Numbered from the stretch's first letter, positions 49,901 to 59,384 are shown. The stretch: 64,000 bases of DNA from Bacteroidales bacterium (GCA_036794825.1 DAIRGA010000012.1:60489-124488); one strand, 5' to 3'. Notes: generated from the sequence alone by a model not told the origin. Numbers and translations are program-made.

Positions 49901-51798
49901 GCTCACCGACTTCGTGGAGCTGGAATTTTGGTAATGGGCAAACCTCCTCGCTCCAAAATCCAACACACACTTTTTCTCAGGCAGGATTTTACACCATCAG
50001 CCTCACGGTTAACGATCCGCTGCAAACTTCCACGAAGATCAGGCAAAATTATATACAGGTTCTTGAGCCTTTATTGGCCGGGTTCTCAGCCAGTGCAACT
50101 ACCGTTCTGCCCGGCCAGAACATTACTTTCGCAGACACTTCTACCGGATCACCCTCCACCTGGCTTTGGAATTTCGGCAACGGAATTACAAGCACACTGC
50201 AAAATCCCTCTCTAAGCTATACTGCTCCGGGAACCTACAGCGTATCGCTCACCGTGATGAATGATTATCAGCAGAATACAGTACAGAAAACGGATTATAT
50301 CACCGTGCTTGTGCCAATGGTGGCCGACTTTGTGGCAAATACAATTGTTGGATGGACAGGTCAGACTATACAGTTTACCGATCTAACCACCTCAAATCCG
50401 GATACATGGCTTTGGGGTTTTGGCGATGGTCAGGGATCAACCGTTCAAAACCCGTCACATGTTTTCTCACAGGAAGGCTACTACACAATAAGCCTTACTG
50501 CGAATAATCTCTATCAATCATCCACGGTCATAAAAACCAATTATCTCTATATTCGTGAGCCGCTGGTCACCGATTTTACGGCCGACACAACACTGGTTGT
50601 AATGGGCGATTCAGTTCAGTTTTCCGATCTTACTACTGGATTTCCCGAATCCTGGTCGTGGACTTTTGGCGATGGTAAAGGCTCATTAAAGCAACATCCC
50701 AAACACGCTTACCAGGCTGCCGGCGAATACACGGTTTCGCTGAGGGCAAGGAGGGGTTTTTACAACAATCTGAAAGTTAAAACCAATTACATCACAGTAA
50801 TCCCAAGACTTGAAGCAGCATTCACTTCTGATAAACAACTGGCTTTCGTGGATGAGGTTGTCCAGTTCACAGACCTTTCGGCTGGCAACCCCACCGCATG
50901 GTTTTGGGATTTCGGCAACTACAGCAATGCAGTTACTCAGCATCCCGAAATCTCTTTCAGCGACCCGGGAATTTATACGATCAGCCTCACAGTGGCCAAT
51001 GAATATTTCCAGGATTCGCTTGTCAAGCCTGGGTTTATTACCGTCATCGAGCCGCTGGTGGCCAATTTCACGGCCTCTGTTTTCGAAGTAAATGTGGGAG
51101 AAAAAGTGCAGTTTTCTGATCTTACTACCGGAAGCCCCGATTCGTGGCAGTGGTTTTTCAGCAGCGGCGATACTTCCCTGGTGCAAAATCCGTGGATAAC
51201 TTTCTGGCAGCCTGGTTTTGTGGATGTTACGCTAATCGTTCAAAATCAATACCTTAGCGATACAATTACCAAATTTGCGTTCATCTATGTAAAACCCACT
51301 GTTTACAGTCAGAACCTCAGCCTACCGGCAGGATGGAGCGGAGTTTCCACGTATATTCAACCCACTTCATTGTTCATCGAAGATATTTTTTCCGCTGTGA
51401 CCGATAGGTTGGTCTATGCATTCAACGAGCAGGGAATTTTCTGGCCTGCTTTTAACATAAACACCATCGGTATCTGGGACATAACAAAAGGCCTTATCGT
51501 AAATATGAGTGCCCCCGGCGAAGTGACCATCGAGGGTTATCAGCTGGTGGAGGAGCAAAAACTTTTATCCCAGGGCTGGAATATTTTCCCGGTTTTAAGC
51601 CCTTGCGAGCGGCCGGCTGAAACATTGCTACAACCGCTTGAAGGCAGTTTTCAGCTTATAAAAACGGCTGACGGCACAAAAGTTTACTGGCCCGAAACCG
51701 GAGTAAATACGCTCCAAATCCTCAAACCCGGCATTTCCTACCTGATCTTTGTCCACCAGGAAAACCTCTTTACTTTCCCGGCTTGCGGAGGAAACTAA
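46945..51798 (+). CDS. Secreted clan GH-A (GH5-like) glycoside hydrolase with DUF5060-like N-terminus and nine PKD domains
   Basis: Signal peptide; YEKFEL...PYD...GFYYQ...WRIRFSP..AGTWNY (DUF5060-like); RY.IARWGYS, WEVMSE, IHLY, GEF; nine FTD.S...SW.W.FG.G PKD repeats. Confidence 0.8.
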   Translation: MQNFYKNIVLVFFLWISAGINICAQPQIQSVTPNGLTIARYEKFELTVALSATFSSPYDFDQVNLQGIFTSPSGNVFVVDGFYYQAFTMPEPNVLVADGAPGWRIRFSPNQAGTWNYVVKVTDTQGTATFSNQQFTCTSSTHKGFVKRSGANLVYDNGDRFIALGTNLAWTEWATGFTIYNDWISTLKSNGGNYVKITMAPWIFGLEWGAGTLGNYTSRQNRAWALDWVFDKLLQNNVYCQLHFLVHDELRTESNTGWNENPFKSTNGGPCVNPQDFFTNATAKKFYKQKIRYAIARWGYSSYLHSWEVMSETDNTGFYSSNYSQTYNWVVDMTDYVKTRDVHQRPVTSGYAWPQNDPAYWSHNLVDYSQIHLYDFIPDLEMKVYNYSRHYIDKFQKPHIAGEFALGHNPTTINQSDPGGVAFHNVLWSSVFSGTMGSAMSWWWDNYLYPNGLFGYFQPISSFISQVNIKETSWYHEMPLTSSNTHETLEVFPDFSSTSAKAPANTFYIGPSGSISPTVMDMGQHLFGGLYASLRNPPAFHVNYIKPGKFRVRTGNLAVLSKVKIRLNGVTLVNTTASTNSTYSIDVPAGIHVIEVDNSGTGILKIEKYILENYMPQLRAFTLRKSNHVAGWFQNINYHWKKLQESGPPAPISGGKIELGNLTPGLYKVNWYNGNAVLDSTQLKFAQNGSLSLDAPPIVWDGAFDAKFFVPFNIDFAASPRSGFSPLTVQFTDQTTYTTGGNFSWMWNFGDGTFSFQQNPQKTYSNPGSYTVSLQVSQGQYFHSVTKASFIVVEQPLVANFYGSPTIVLPGSPVQFTDLSLGGPVSWLWNFGDGTFGFQKNPPKIYNQPGNYTVSLTVQKGSQNSTMTKTNYIQVLVPLVADFTSDATLALPGQPIAFTDLSTGLPTSWSWNFGNGTTSNLKNPVISYANPGIYNVSLTVTTAHQQNSITKNAYITILPVLIADFAADTTLVVAGNPVSFTDLSAGSPTSWSWNFGNGQTSSLQNPTHTFSQAGFYTISLTVNDPLQTSTKIRQNYIQVLEPLLAGFSASATTVLPGQNITFADTSTGSPSTWLWNFGNGITSTLQNPSLSYTAPGTYSVSLTVMNDYQQNTVQKTDYITVLVPMVADFVANTIVGWTGQTIQFTDLTTSNPDTWLWGFGDGQGSTVQNPSHVFSQEGYYTISLTANNLYQSSTVIKTNYLYIREPLVTDFTADTTLVVMGDSVQFSDLTTGFPESWSWTFGDGKGSLKQHPKHAYQAAGEYTVSLRARRGFYNNLKVKTNYITVIPRLEAAFTSDKQLAFVDEVVQFTDLSAGNPTAWFWDFGNYSNAVTQHPEISFSDPGIYTISLTVANEYFQDSLVKPGFITVIEPLVANFTASVFEVNVGEKVQFSDLTTGSPDSWQWFFSSGDTSLVQNPWITFWQPGFVDVTLIVQNQYLSDTITKFAFIYVKPTVYSQNLSLPAGWSGVSTYIQPTSLFIEDIFSAVTDRLVYAFNEQGIFWPAFNINTIGIWDITKGLIVNMSAPGEVTIEGYQLVEEQKLLSQGWNIFPVLSPCERPAETLLQPLEGSFQLIKTADGTKVYWPETGVNTLQILKPGISYLIFVHQENLFTFPACGGN

Positions 51799-51824
51799 AG
51801 CAATACAATTAATTCTGATTCAGT

Positions 51825-53726
51825 TTAATACGCCCTCTCATTCCTGTTTTCGATAAAGTTGATGAAGGAGCGGTTAACCACTTTGTTGCCCCCGGGTGTG
51901 GGATAGTTACCCGTGAAGTACCAGTCGCCGCGATGGTTAGGTATAGCGGTGTGCAGGTCTTCGATAGTTTGGTAGATGATCTCAATTTTTGAACCGATTC
52001 CCGGCGGTGTAACAATCGCTGAAATTCTTTCGGAGATCTGCTTTGCGGTAAAAGGCTTGTAGATATCTTTTACATAATTGATGATTTCTTCTTTAGGTTT
52101 TTTCTCCTGCGCTTTGGCTTTTTTGTACACCTCGTTGATGATGTGTTCCTGGTGGGTGTCGCGCAGAAGCTCTATTGCAGCCCTGAAAGCCACAAATTCA
52201 CTGAGTTTGGTCATATCAATACCATAGCAGTCGGGGTAGCGGATCTGCGGCGCCGAAGAAGCTACTACGATCTTTTTTGGCCCAAGCCGGTCGAGAATCC
52301 GGATTATACTTTGCCGCAGGGTAGTTCCTCGGACAATGGAATCGTCAATTACCACCAGGTTGTCAATTCCTTCCCTGATTACGCCGTAGGTAATATCGTA
52401 AACGTGCCCAACCAGGTGGTCGCGTCCACTCTCTTTGGTAATGAATGTACGGAGTTTAACGTCTTTAACGGCGATGTCTTCGATGCGCAGCGAACAGCTA
52501 AGAATCTGGTTTACTTTTTCGGGTGTGATCTGGCTTCCCAGCTCAATAATGCGGTCGGTTTTAAGCTGGTTGCAAAACACGTGAAGCTCTTCAACCAGTC
52601 CTTTGAATGCCACCGCTGCTGTGTTGGGAATATAGGAAAACACTGTGTTCTCCAGATCGTGGTTAATGCTTTTGAGGATAGCAGGCGTAAGTAATTTCCC
52701 GAGCATTTTGCGCTCCTTGTAAATGTCTCTGTCGGTTCCGCGGGAAAAGTAGATACGCTCGAACGAGCATGATTTTTTTTCTTTTACTTCGGTGAAGGGA
52801 ACTTCACTTATTCGCCCGTCCTTTTTGATAATAAGTACATGCCCGGGTTTCAGTTCCTTCACTTTTTCGGCCTTAACATTGAAAGAAGTTTGAATGACCG
52901 GCCGTTCAGATGCGGCAACGGCTACCTCATCATCGGCATAATAAAACGCCGGCCTGATGCCTGATGGATCTCGCATAATGAAAGCGTCGCCGTGCCCAAG
53001 CAGTCCGGCAATCACATAACCGCCGTCCCAGTATTTTGCGGCGCGGCTCAGTATCTGCCTTACATCGAGATCCAAAGCGATTTTGTCGGTGATCTCCTTT
53101 TTTACCAGTCCCTGCTTTTTGTATTTCTGGTAATGGATTTCATTCTCCTCGTCGAGAAAATGACCGATTTTTTCCAGAATCGTTATCGTGTCGGTAGTTT
53201 CGATGGGGTATTGACCCAATTCCACAAGTTGGCTGAAAAGTTCGTCAACGTTGGTCATGTTGAAATTGCCCGCCAGCACAAGGCTTTTCGTCATCCAATT
53301 ATTTTCACGGAGTACCGGGTGCAGGTTTTCGATTTTGTGCCCGCCGAAAGTGCCGTACCGGAGGTGGCCAAGAAAGACTTCGCCGGTAAATTCCATATTT
53401 TTTTTCAGCCAATCCGTATCATTCAGCAGTTCAGGGTGTTGTGACTGGATTTTGGAAAACTGCCTGTAAATGTGATCGAAGGTGTCAATGATCGGGGTGG
53501 ATGAGTTGGAGCGAAATCGGTTGATGTACCGGATGCCTGGTTCCACATCGAGTTTGAGGTTGGCAATACCTGCTCCGTCCTGCCCGCGGTTGTGCTGCTT
53601 TTGCATCATCAGGTGCATTTTGAGCAGGGGGTAAAACGGGGTACCATATCTGGCCTGATAAAACTCCAGCGGTTTTAGCAACCTTAAAAGAGCAACACCG
53701 CATTCGTGGTTAATGAAATCACTCAT
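51825..53726 (-). CDS. purF: Amidophosphoribosyltransferase (Bacteroidota long form)
   Basis: HECG (Ntn cysteine after a short propeptide), QHNRGQDGAG, GHLRYGT, CSFERIYFSRG, VIDDSIVRGTT, YPDCYGIDM. Confidence 0.92.
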   Translation of the reverse strand: MSDFINHECGVALLRLLKPLEFYQARYGTPFYPLLKMHLMMQKQHNRGQDGAGIANLKLDVEPGIRYINRFRSNSSTPIIDTFDHIYRQFSKIQSQHPELLNDTDWLKKNMEFTGEVFLGHLRYGTFGGHKIENLHPVLRENNWMTKSLVLAGNFNMTNVDELFSQLVELGQYPIETTDTITILEKIGHFLDEENEIHYQKYKKQGLVKKEITDKIALDLDVRQILSRAAKYWDGGYVIAGLLGHGDAFIMRDPSGIRPAFYYADDEVAVAASERPVIQTSFNVKAEKVKELKPGHVLIIKKDGRISEVPFTEVKEKKSCSFERIYFSRGTDRDIYKERKMLGKLLTPAILKSINHDLENTVFSYIPNTAAVAFKGLVEELHVFCNQLKTDRIIELGSQITPEKVNQILSCSLRIEDIAVKDVKLRTFITKESGRDHLVGHVYDITYGVIREGIDNLVVIDDSIVRGTTLRQSIIRILDRLGPKKIVVASSAPQIRYPDCYGIDMTKLSEFVAFRAAIELLRDTHQEHIINEVYKKAKAQEKKPKEEIINYVKDIYKPFTAKQISERISAIVTPPGIGSKIEIIYQTIEDLHTAIPNHRGDWYFTGNYPTPGGNKVVNRSFINFIENRNERAY

Positions 53727-53767
53727 TGTGTGGTTTTTAGCTGTGAAAACCTAATCAGTTGACGGCA

Positions 53768-53775
53768 CAAAGGTA
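53768..53775 (-). promoter_or_regulatory. Bacteroidota -7 promoter box for purF
   Basis: CAAAGGTA on + = TACCTTTG on -, about 40 nt upstream of the start. Confidence 0.55.
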
Positions 53776-53861
53776 ATATGGAACGGCAAACCGGGCGGGT
53801 TAAAATCGGGTTCATTTGAAAAATGAGAGCTTAAACGGATAACAGGATTGGTGCTGGTGCA

Positions 53862-56800
53862 TCAGAAGTCCAGGCTCATAGAGAAATAGAATATGGGATC
53901 TTTTTTAAATTTACCATCCTCGATACCCCAGGCCAGGTCGCCTTTCATGAAATAGCCCAAAAGTTTTGTGCGCGCCCCGAATCCGATCCCGCCGATAATG
54001 GGGTCTTTTTCATATTGAACCTTGATTCGCAGTGGGCCGTAGGATTCGTACTTGGTGTAGAGAACATTATTTTCATCGTATGGATTCCAACCCGACCATG
54101 CAGTTCCAACATCTCCAAACCCGACCAGCTGAAAATTTTTTACAAACTCGGAATTGATGGGCCGGTTGAGAAAATAAGTAAACACCGGGAATCTTAGTTC
54201 TGAGTTGATAACCAGGAAGTTATTCCCGTTACGGGCATTCTGGTTGAACCCTCGCATGCTGGTTGCAACTGTTTGGTAAGCCCAGTTCTGCTCAGGATCA
54301 ATACGTGTTTCAGGATCAAACTCTGCACCAACCCAGCCATCGGCGCCACCCATGAAATAGAGCAAACGGTCGCTTCCGAAGTTTGTGCTGCCTGCAATCC
54401 GGTTTGCCCAGATAAACGACCTGTGGATCCGTTTGTAATTCCTCATGTCAAATCCCAGCACCATCAGGTTGTTGCCCGATTGGTCAATTTTCTGGTTATA
54501 TTCGGCAAAAATCATAAAACGGTTACCCTGTGGCAGATTCAACCCCAGTTGCCGGCTATCGTCATAAATAAGCTGTGCTTTAGCACCACCCCAGTTCATC
54601 ACAGAGTTCGGTTCTTTAATTAGCTGTTCGAAAGGGCCTGTGATGATATAATTTTCGTTACGGGCCAGAAAAGTACCGCGCAGGCGAAGCGTTCTTGTAA
54701 GTGGCCAGGTTAATATCAGGTAGCCTTCATATATCTTTTGCCGCTGAATGAAGGATGAGGTGACAACCTCCTCAAGATAGCGATGCTGAAAAACCACTTC
54801 TTTATCAAGCCGTTTTTTCAGGTTAGCGAAATTCAGGAAGAATTCCTTGTTTACAAGATCCAGCCCCAGCCTCACACCGCCCATAATCCGGTAATCCTCC
54901 ATCAGATCAGTCATCCCAACCATAAAAGTCGGGCTGAACCCGGGATTAGTGTAAAACGGAAAATCTGCCGATGAAAATGGTTGGTACATTTTGTTGAGGT
55001 AGGAGAAGTCGAGTTGCGTAACTACTTTGTTGATAGAGTATTCGGTGTAATAATTTCGCTGGATCGGGATGATAAATTCAGGAATGGAGTCGGTTTCTTT
55101 TTCCTCATTTCTGAAACGATTTACCAGCGCATTCACACTATCAGGCATGTTAATCCCAATTACTCCCTGCATCCTAGCCTGGATATCGGTTGAGTCTGTT
55201 TGAATAAAAGCAGAATCGGCGATCTGCTCATTCGAAATATCTGCAGAGAAACTCTCATCACGCATCACATTCCTGAAACTTTTGCGAGTTCGCTGCTCTG
55301 AAGGCTTTCCGGCTGGTGCTGCCATATTGCTGATTGCCTCCTGAATAGCCTGCCCGATAGGAATTACGGGTTTTTCGATTAACCTCTCCGCAGGAACCAG
55401 CGTTTTTGAGTAAGTAGTTTTTCCTGGCTGCACCGGCGTGAGGCGATCAGGGAGCAGCATATCTTTCCGGTAGAGATTATCCAGCCTGTTATTGTTGATA
55501 ATGAATGCGTTGGAAATTGCTTTTGGAGTGATATCGTGGTGAAGTATGCCTGCTGAATAATTAGTGAATGGAAACGATCGGGTAAAAAAGCGATAATGAA
55601 CGGTTGTATCCACCCATGCTACAGCGCTGTCGGGCTTCCCGAGGAACTGATTGTAGATTCCACTTTCATCGCTAAGGTACGACAGGTAGTTTTTACTGTA
55701 GCCCACAGGCTGCTTTTCATTGATGCCGGGAGTGTTGGTAATCCTTCTCAGCTCCGGGCTTTTGGTGGCGTAGTTGTAAAGAAAAATGTCATAATCAGCT
55801 TTCTGCCTGGTGAAGCCTCCCTTTATACCCGTCACCAGCGTGTCGCCGGGGCGATTGGAGCTGAAGACTATTTTGGTTGAACTTTCGGTAAAGCGCGGGT
55901 TGAGGTCGTCGTAAATGTCGTTGGTAATTCGCTCAGGACTTCCAGAAATCAGATTAAAAGTAAAAATATCGCTTTGTCCCCCCTGTACTGCCGAAAGCAG
56001 CAGCATCTGGCCATTATCGGAGTAAGAGAAATCAAGGATTTTTTCAAACCCGAACAAACTGCGCTCTGTCCATTTTTTTTCTTCGAGATCATAAAAATGA
56101 AGCTGGTTCAATCCTTTATCCTCTATCAAAACACTTAAAATCCGCCCCGAAGGATGCCAGGCAATAACCGGATAAGCGTAGTCCACCTTTTCGTCGAGCC
56201 GGTAGCCGCCAGTGCGAAGTTTTTTTAGTTTGCGGGTGTTAAAATTATAAAGCCACACATGAAATTTACCGGTTTCGTTAGTTACAAAAGCCATGTGCTC
56301 ACCGTTGGGAGAGGCTTTGAGCTGCGAATAACTGCGACCGTTGACATTCCGTTTCAGCACCCGTTTTCCTTGCAATTTGGCATCGTCGGGTGTCGGTTCA
56401 AAATTTGCGGCATCAGCCTCGTAAATCCCGGTAAAATGATTGAACCATTCATCATACGTGGTTTTGAGTGTGGTACCCAAAACGTATTGAAACCCTGTAT
56501 CAAGGCTCCGGCTTACGCGGATCATGTTAATGATATTCACCACATTATCCCGGCCGTATTTGTCGGCAATGAATTTCCAGAACGAATGTCCTGCATCTTT
56601 TACATAAAACTCGTCGCTCACCAGCCGGTTGAAATTCTTGTATTTTCCTGAAGCTAAAGCACTTCTGATCCGGTTGTCCACATCGGAATTCCATTCTTCA
56701 GCCAGGTAGGAAACCAATCCCAGCGCAAACCATTCCGGCATATTCTGCAAAAATGAGTTCATCATTTGTGAACCGATATTGCTGCCAAAAATGGAATTCT

Positions 56801-57323
56801 GAAGCAACACATGCGCAATTCCCTGCCTTATCTGGCGCTCGAAATTGGCGATTGATCCGTCGAAATACAGAATTACTTTGTTACCAAGGATGTAGGATAC
56901 CCCACCGGTGTTGTATTGCGAATTGTCGCTGACCCCAATGTTGCTCTGCTTTAAATCGTTGAGGTTGTTGAAGATAATGAATTGAACTTTCCCGCTGAGG
57001 TAGGTTCCAAGCTCGGTTTCCATCCTCACAAGCTCTGATGTGGCATACTTCGAAGTATGTTCGGCTAACTCCTTTCCATTGAGGTAGAAATAGGTATCAA
57101 AACGTTCGAACTTATAGTAAGTCCATAGGAAATCCTTGAATTGAACCCGGCTGCGTCCAAACTCCATCTGATAACCCTCGTAAAACTGCGCTTTACCCTG
57201 ATAAGGCAGAAACATCAAAAACAGAGCAGCAATCAGCAGCTTGTTTTTCACAGGTAATAAATAACGGGTAAATAATCGCATCATACGCAACCACAGCAGG
57301 TTTTTGGTTAATCTCCTCAACAA
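53862..57323 (-). CDS. TolB-like beta-propeller / Omp85-type outer-membrane protein (start uncertain, possibly GTG 57251)
   Basis: Signal peptide ending GKA-Q; PD40-like repeats (SPNG.H.AF, WHPSG, YSDNG, RITND..DD.NPRF); C-terminal barrel strands with MRGF motif, GDVG.AW and terminal Phe (SMSLDF). Confidence 0.75.
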   Translation of the reverse strand: MLRRLTKNLLWLRMMRLFTRYLLPVKNKLLIAALFLMFLPYQGKAQFYEGYQMEFGRSRVQFKDFLWTYYKFERFDTYFYLNGKELAEHTSKYATSELVRMETELGTYLSGKVQFIIFNNLNDLKQSNIGVSDNSQYNTGGVSYILGNKVILYFDGSIANFERQIRQGIAHVLLQNSIFGSNIGSQMMNSFLQNMPEWFALGLVSYLAEEWNSDVDNRIRSALASGKYKNFNRLVSDEFYVKDAGHSFWKFIADKYGRDNVVNIINMIRVSRSLDTGFQYVLGTTLKTTYDEWFNHFTGIYEADAANFEPTPDDAKLQGKRVLKRNVNGRSYSQLKASPNGEHMAFVTNETGKFHVWLYNFNTRKLKKLRTGGYRLDEKVDYAYPVIAWHPSGRILSVLIEDKGLNQLHFYDLEEKKWTERSLFGFEKILDFSYSDNGQMLLLSAVQGGQSDIFTFNLISGSPERITNDIYDDLNPRFTESSTKIVFSSNRPGDTLVTGIKGGFTRQKADYDIFLYNYATKSPELRRITNTPGINEKQPVGYSKNYLSYLSDESGIYNQFLGKPDSAVAWVDTTVHYRFFTRSFPFTNYSAGILHHDITPKAISNAFIINNNRLDNLYRKDMLLPDRLTPVQPGKTTYSKTLVPAERLIEKPVIPIGQAIQEAISNMAAPAGKPSEQRTRKSFRNVMRDESFSADISNEQIADSAFIQTDSTDIQARMQGVIGINMPDSVNALVNRFRNEEKETDSIPEFIIPIQRNYYTEYSINKVVTQLDFSYLNKMYQPFSSADFPFYTNPGFSPTFMVGMTDLMEDYRIMGGVRLGLDLVNKEFFLNFANLKKRLDKEVVFQHRYLEEVVTSSFIQRQKIYEGYLILTWPLTRTLRLRGTFLARNENYIITGPFEQLIKEPNSVMNWGGAKAQLIYDDSRQLGLNLPQGNRFMIFAEYNQKIDQSGNNLMVLGFDMRNYKRIHRSFIWANRIAGSTNFGSDRLLYFMGGADGWVGAEFDPETRIDPEQNWAYQTVATSMRGFNQNARNGNNFLVINSELRFPVFTYFLNRPINSEFVKNFQLVGFGDVGTAWSGWNPYDENNVLYTKYESYGPLRIKVQYEKDPIIGGIGFGARTKLLGYFMKGDLAWGIEDGKFKKDPIFYFSMSLDF

Positions 57324-57425
57324 AGCCTCTCAACCTTAATTTTGAATATTGATAACTTTGTAACCTCTAAATTATTTTGCCGTAAAGACGGCATTCAACC
57401 TAACATTAACAAAAGGATAATTGAA

Positions 57426-58070
57426 ATGATTACAATCGAACGACTGGTTTTCAATCCATTTCAGGAAAATACTTATTTCGTGTATGATGAGACCCTGAAA
57501 TGTGCCATCATCGACCCGGGTTGCTCCGACAGGTGGGAAAATGATGAGCTGGATAAGTTTGTAAAGTCAAAAGGATTGCAACCAGTTGCTCACCTTTATA
57601 CCCACTGCCACCTCGATCATGTGTTCGGAATTGCGCACGTTCACCGGAAGTATGGACTGCTGCCGGTAATGCATCCTGAATCGGTAAAGATCCTGCAAAC
57701 TGCTCCCGCCCAGAGCAGGATGTTTGGTGTTGACGCAGAAGAAATCATCGAGCCGGAATCATTTATTAATGAAGGAGATAATATCCAAATCGGCAACTCG
57801 GTGCTCGAGGTTCTTTACACTCCCGGCCACGTTGACGGCCATGTCTGCTTTGTAAGCCACGAAGGGCGATTTGTGATTGCCGGCGACGTGCTGTTCAACG
57901 GCAGCATTGGTCGCACCGACCTCCCCACAGGCGATTTCGACATGCTGGCCGAAAACATCCGCCAGAAACTCTACACCCTCCCCGCCGACTATCTTGTATA
58001 TCCCGGCCACGGCCCTCACACCACCATCGGCCATGAGATGAATACCAATCCGTTTGTGAGGGCGATTTAG
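57426..58070 (+). CDS. MBL-fold metallo-hydrolase (glyoxalase II-like)
   Basis: IIDPG, THCHLDH, TPGH..GH, GDVLF.GSIGRTD, PGHG; ATG 57426 with TAACTTTG box at 57353-57360. Confidence 0.92.
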   Translation: MITIERLVFNPFQENTYFVYDETLKCAIIDPGCSDRWENDELDKFVKSKGLQPVAHLYTHCHLDHVFGIAHVHRKYGLLPVMHPESVKILQTAPAQSRMFGVDAEEIIEPESFINEGDNIQIGNSVLEVLYTPGHVDGHVCFVSHEGRFVIAGDVLFNGSIGRTDLPTGDFDMLAENIRQKLYTLPADYLVYPGHGPHTTIGHEMNTNPFVRAI

Positions 58071-58102
58071 ATTTGGTCAAAATCAGCCTGATAATAATAG
58101 GT

Positions 58103-58264
58103 GAGTTCGGTCTAAAATGCCCCCAAACTGCTGATTTTTATCCTTTTTACCCCTTACCCTTCCAAAGGAATCCTTACGGAAAATGGGAGAACGCTAAAAA
58201 TCAGCAGTTTGGAAAAGTCCCCATTTGGGGATTTAGGGGCAAATGGGCTTTTTAGACTGAACTC
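58103..58264. mobile_element. MITE-like element, family 2 copy B, with 6-bp target-site duplication
   Basis: Terminal IR GAGTTCGGTCTAAAA / TTTTAGACTGAACTC (14/15 match); ATAGGT directly on both sides (58097-58102, 58265-58270); internal 16-bp IR AAACTGCTGATTTTTA / TAAAAATCAGCAGTTT. Confidence 0.75.
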
Positions 58265-58673
58265 ATAGGTGATTTCTTTGATGGCATTTACTCATCAAAT
58301 CAAAAGAGTGATGCTGTTTTTTTATCACCACATCAGGCACAATAGAAGATCTGAAAACTTGATTTCACCATCATTAAATGCAACAAGGTTTCTACCCGGA
58401 GAAACAAGCTATTCTGGAGAATGATCTCAAGACAAAAAGTAAGCAATCAGCCATCAGAAGTTTCACACCTCAGGTTGAGGGTGGATGCCATGAAAAATAC
58501 CTTTTACTGTTTTGTCCTGATCGTGGCTCCTTTTTCTTGAAAAGTTAAATCATTATTAATCAGTTATTTAAAAATTGCTTCCATAGTTAAATTATCAAAA
58601 AAACAGGTTATTCAAAACAATTTTAAATAATTTCGCCAACGGTTAATTAAACAGCATTTAAGCATCAGAAACC

Positions 58674-59384
58674 ATGAACAACATTAAAATCTTTGAAACT
58701 TTAGGATATATTACGAAAAAAGAGAGACTGGCCTCCATCGAGCACGACACTGATAATGCGCTGGTACTCGAAACACGTGAGCCGTATCCGGGCTATCACG
58801 GCACAAACGTTCCCCCAAAGTTGATCCCGCTATCCATTTTTCTGGTTACCGACAAAAAATATTCGGGTGAACAGGTCATTAGATCCACCATGGCAGTGAA
58901 AAAACACTATCCCGATCATTTCGACGCCACGCCTGGTATGGTGATGCTGCGTAACAACCTGGCTCCGTGCATCAGGATCAAGGATATGGCCTCCTATCAC
59001 GACATTCAAAGCCTCATCATTGCTTATCGTAAGGCAGGAATTGACTTCATGAAGGACAAGATTCTTGAACCATTTGATGGATTGATCAGGATCAGAAAGT
59101 ACTTCATTCTCAATATTTTGGGTGATGGATTCTATAGTGATGTTGACAATCCCTCTATGGCTTATTTTGAAATCCCGGGGCTGATTTCCTGGGATATGTT
59201 CGAGGAAATTACTTACGGACTCAAGCCAAACGTAGAATACAACAATTTCGATGCTGCGCTTGGGGTCTTCTTCACCCCAAAAGGCATAATTGACAACATC
59301 CGGATCTTTCATCCTGAAATAAATATTAATGAAGTGATGTATCTGCGCGACAAATACTTAGAAGAGATTAACCGGCGAATCTGA
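58674..59384 (+). CDS. Hypothetical protein (236 aa)
   Basis: Long ATG ORF with protein-like composition after an AT-rich leader; no motif recognised. Confidence 0.75.
   Translation: MNNIKIFETLGYITKKERLASIEHDTDNALVLETREPYPGYHGTNVPPKLIPLSIFLVTDKKYSGEQVIRSTMAVKKHYPDHFDATPGMVMLRNNLAPCIRIKDMASYHDIQSLIIAYRKAGIDFMKDKILEPFDGLIRIRKYFILNILGDGFYSDVDNPSMAYFEIPGLISWDMFEEITYGLKPNVEYNNFDAALGVFFTPKGIIDNIRIFHPEININEVMYLRDKYLEEINRRI

Noticed and set aside
49078-51300. PKD array as a DNA tandem repeat or diversity-generating target
   Set aside because: The repeats are conserved at protein level but diverged in DNA; no reverse transcriptase or template repeat seen
58073-58255. 60-aa ORF in the track (also 46737-46940 and 7299-7484)
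   Set aside because: They are translations of the inverted-repeat elements, not independent genes
58281-58424. 47-codon ORF or riboswitch in the leader of the hypothetical gene
   Set aside because: No recognisable peptide features, and no TPP, SAM, cobalamin or FMN riboswitch consensus seen
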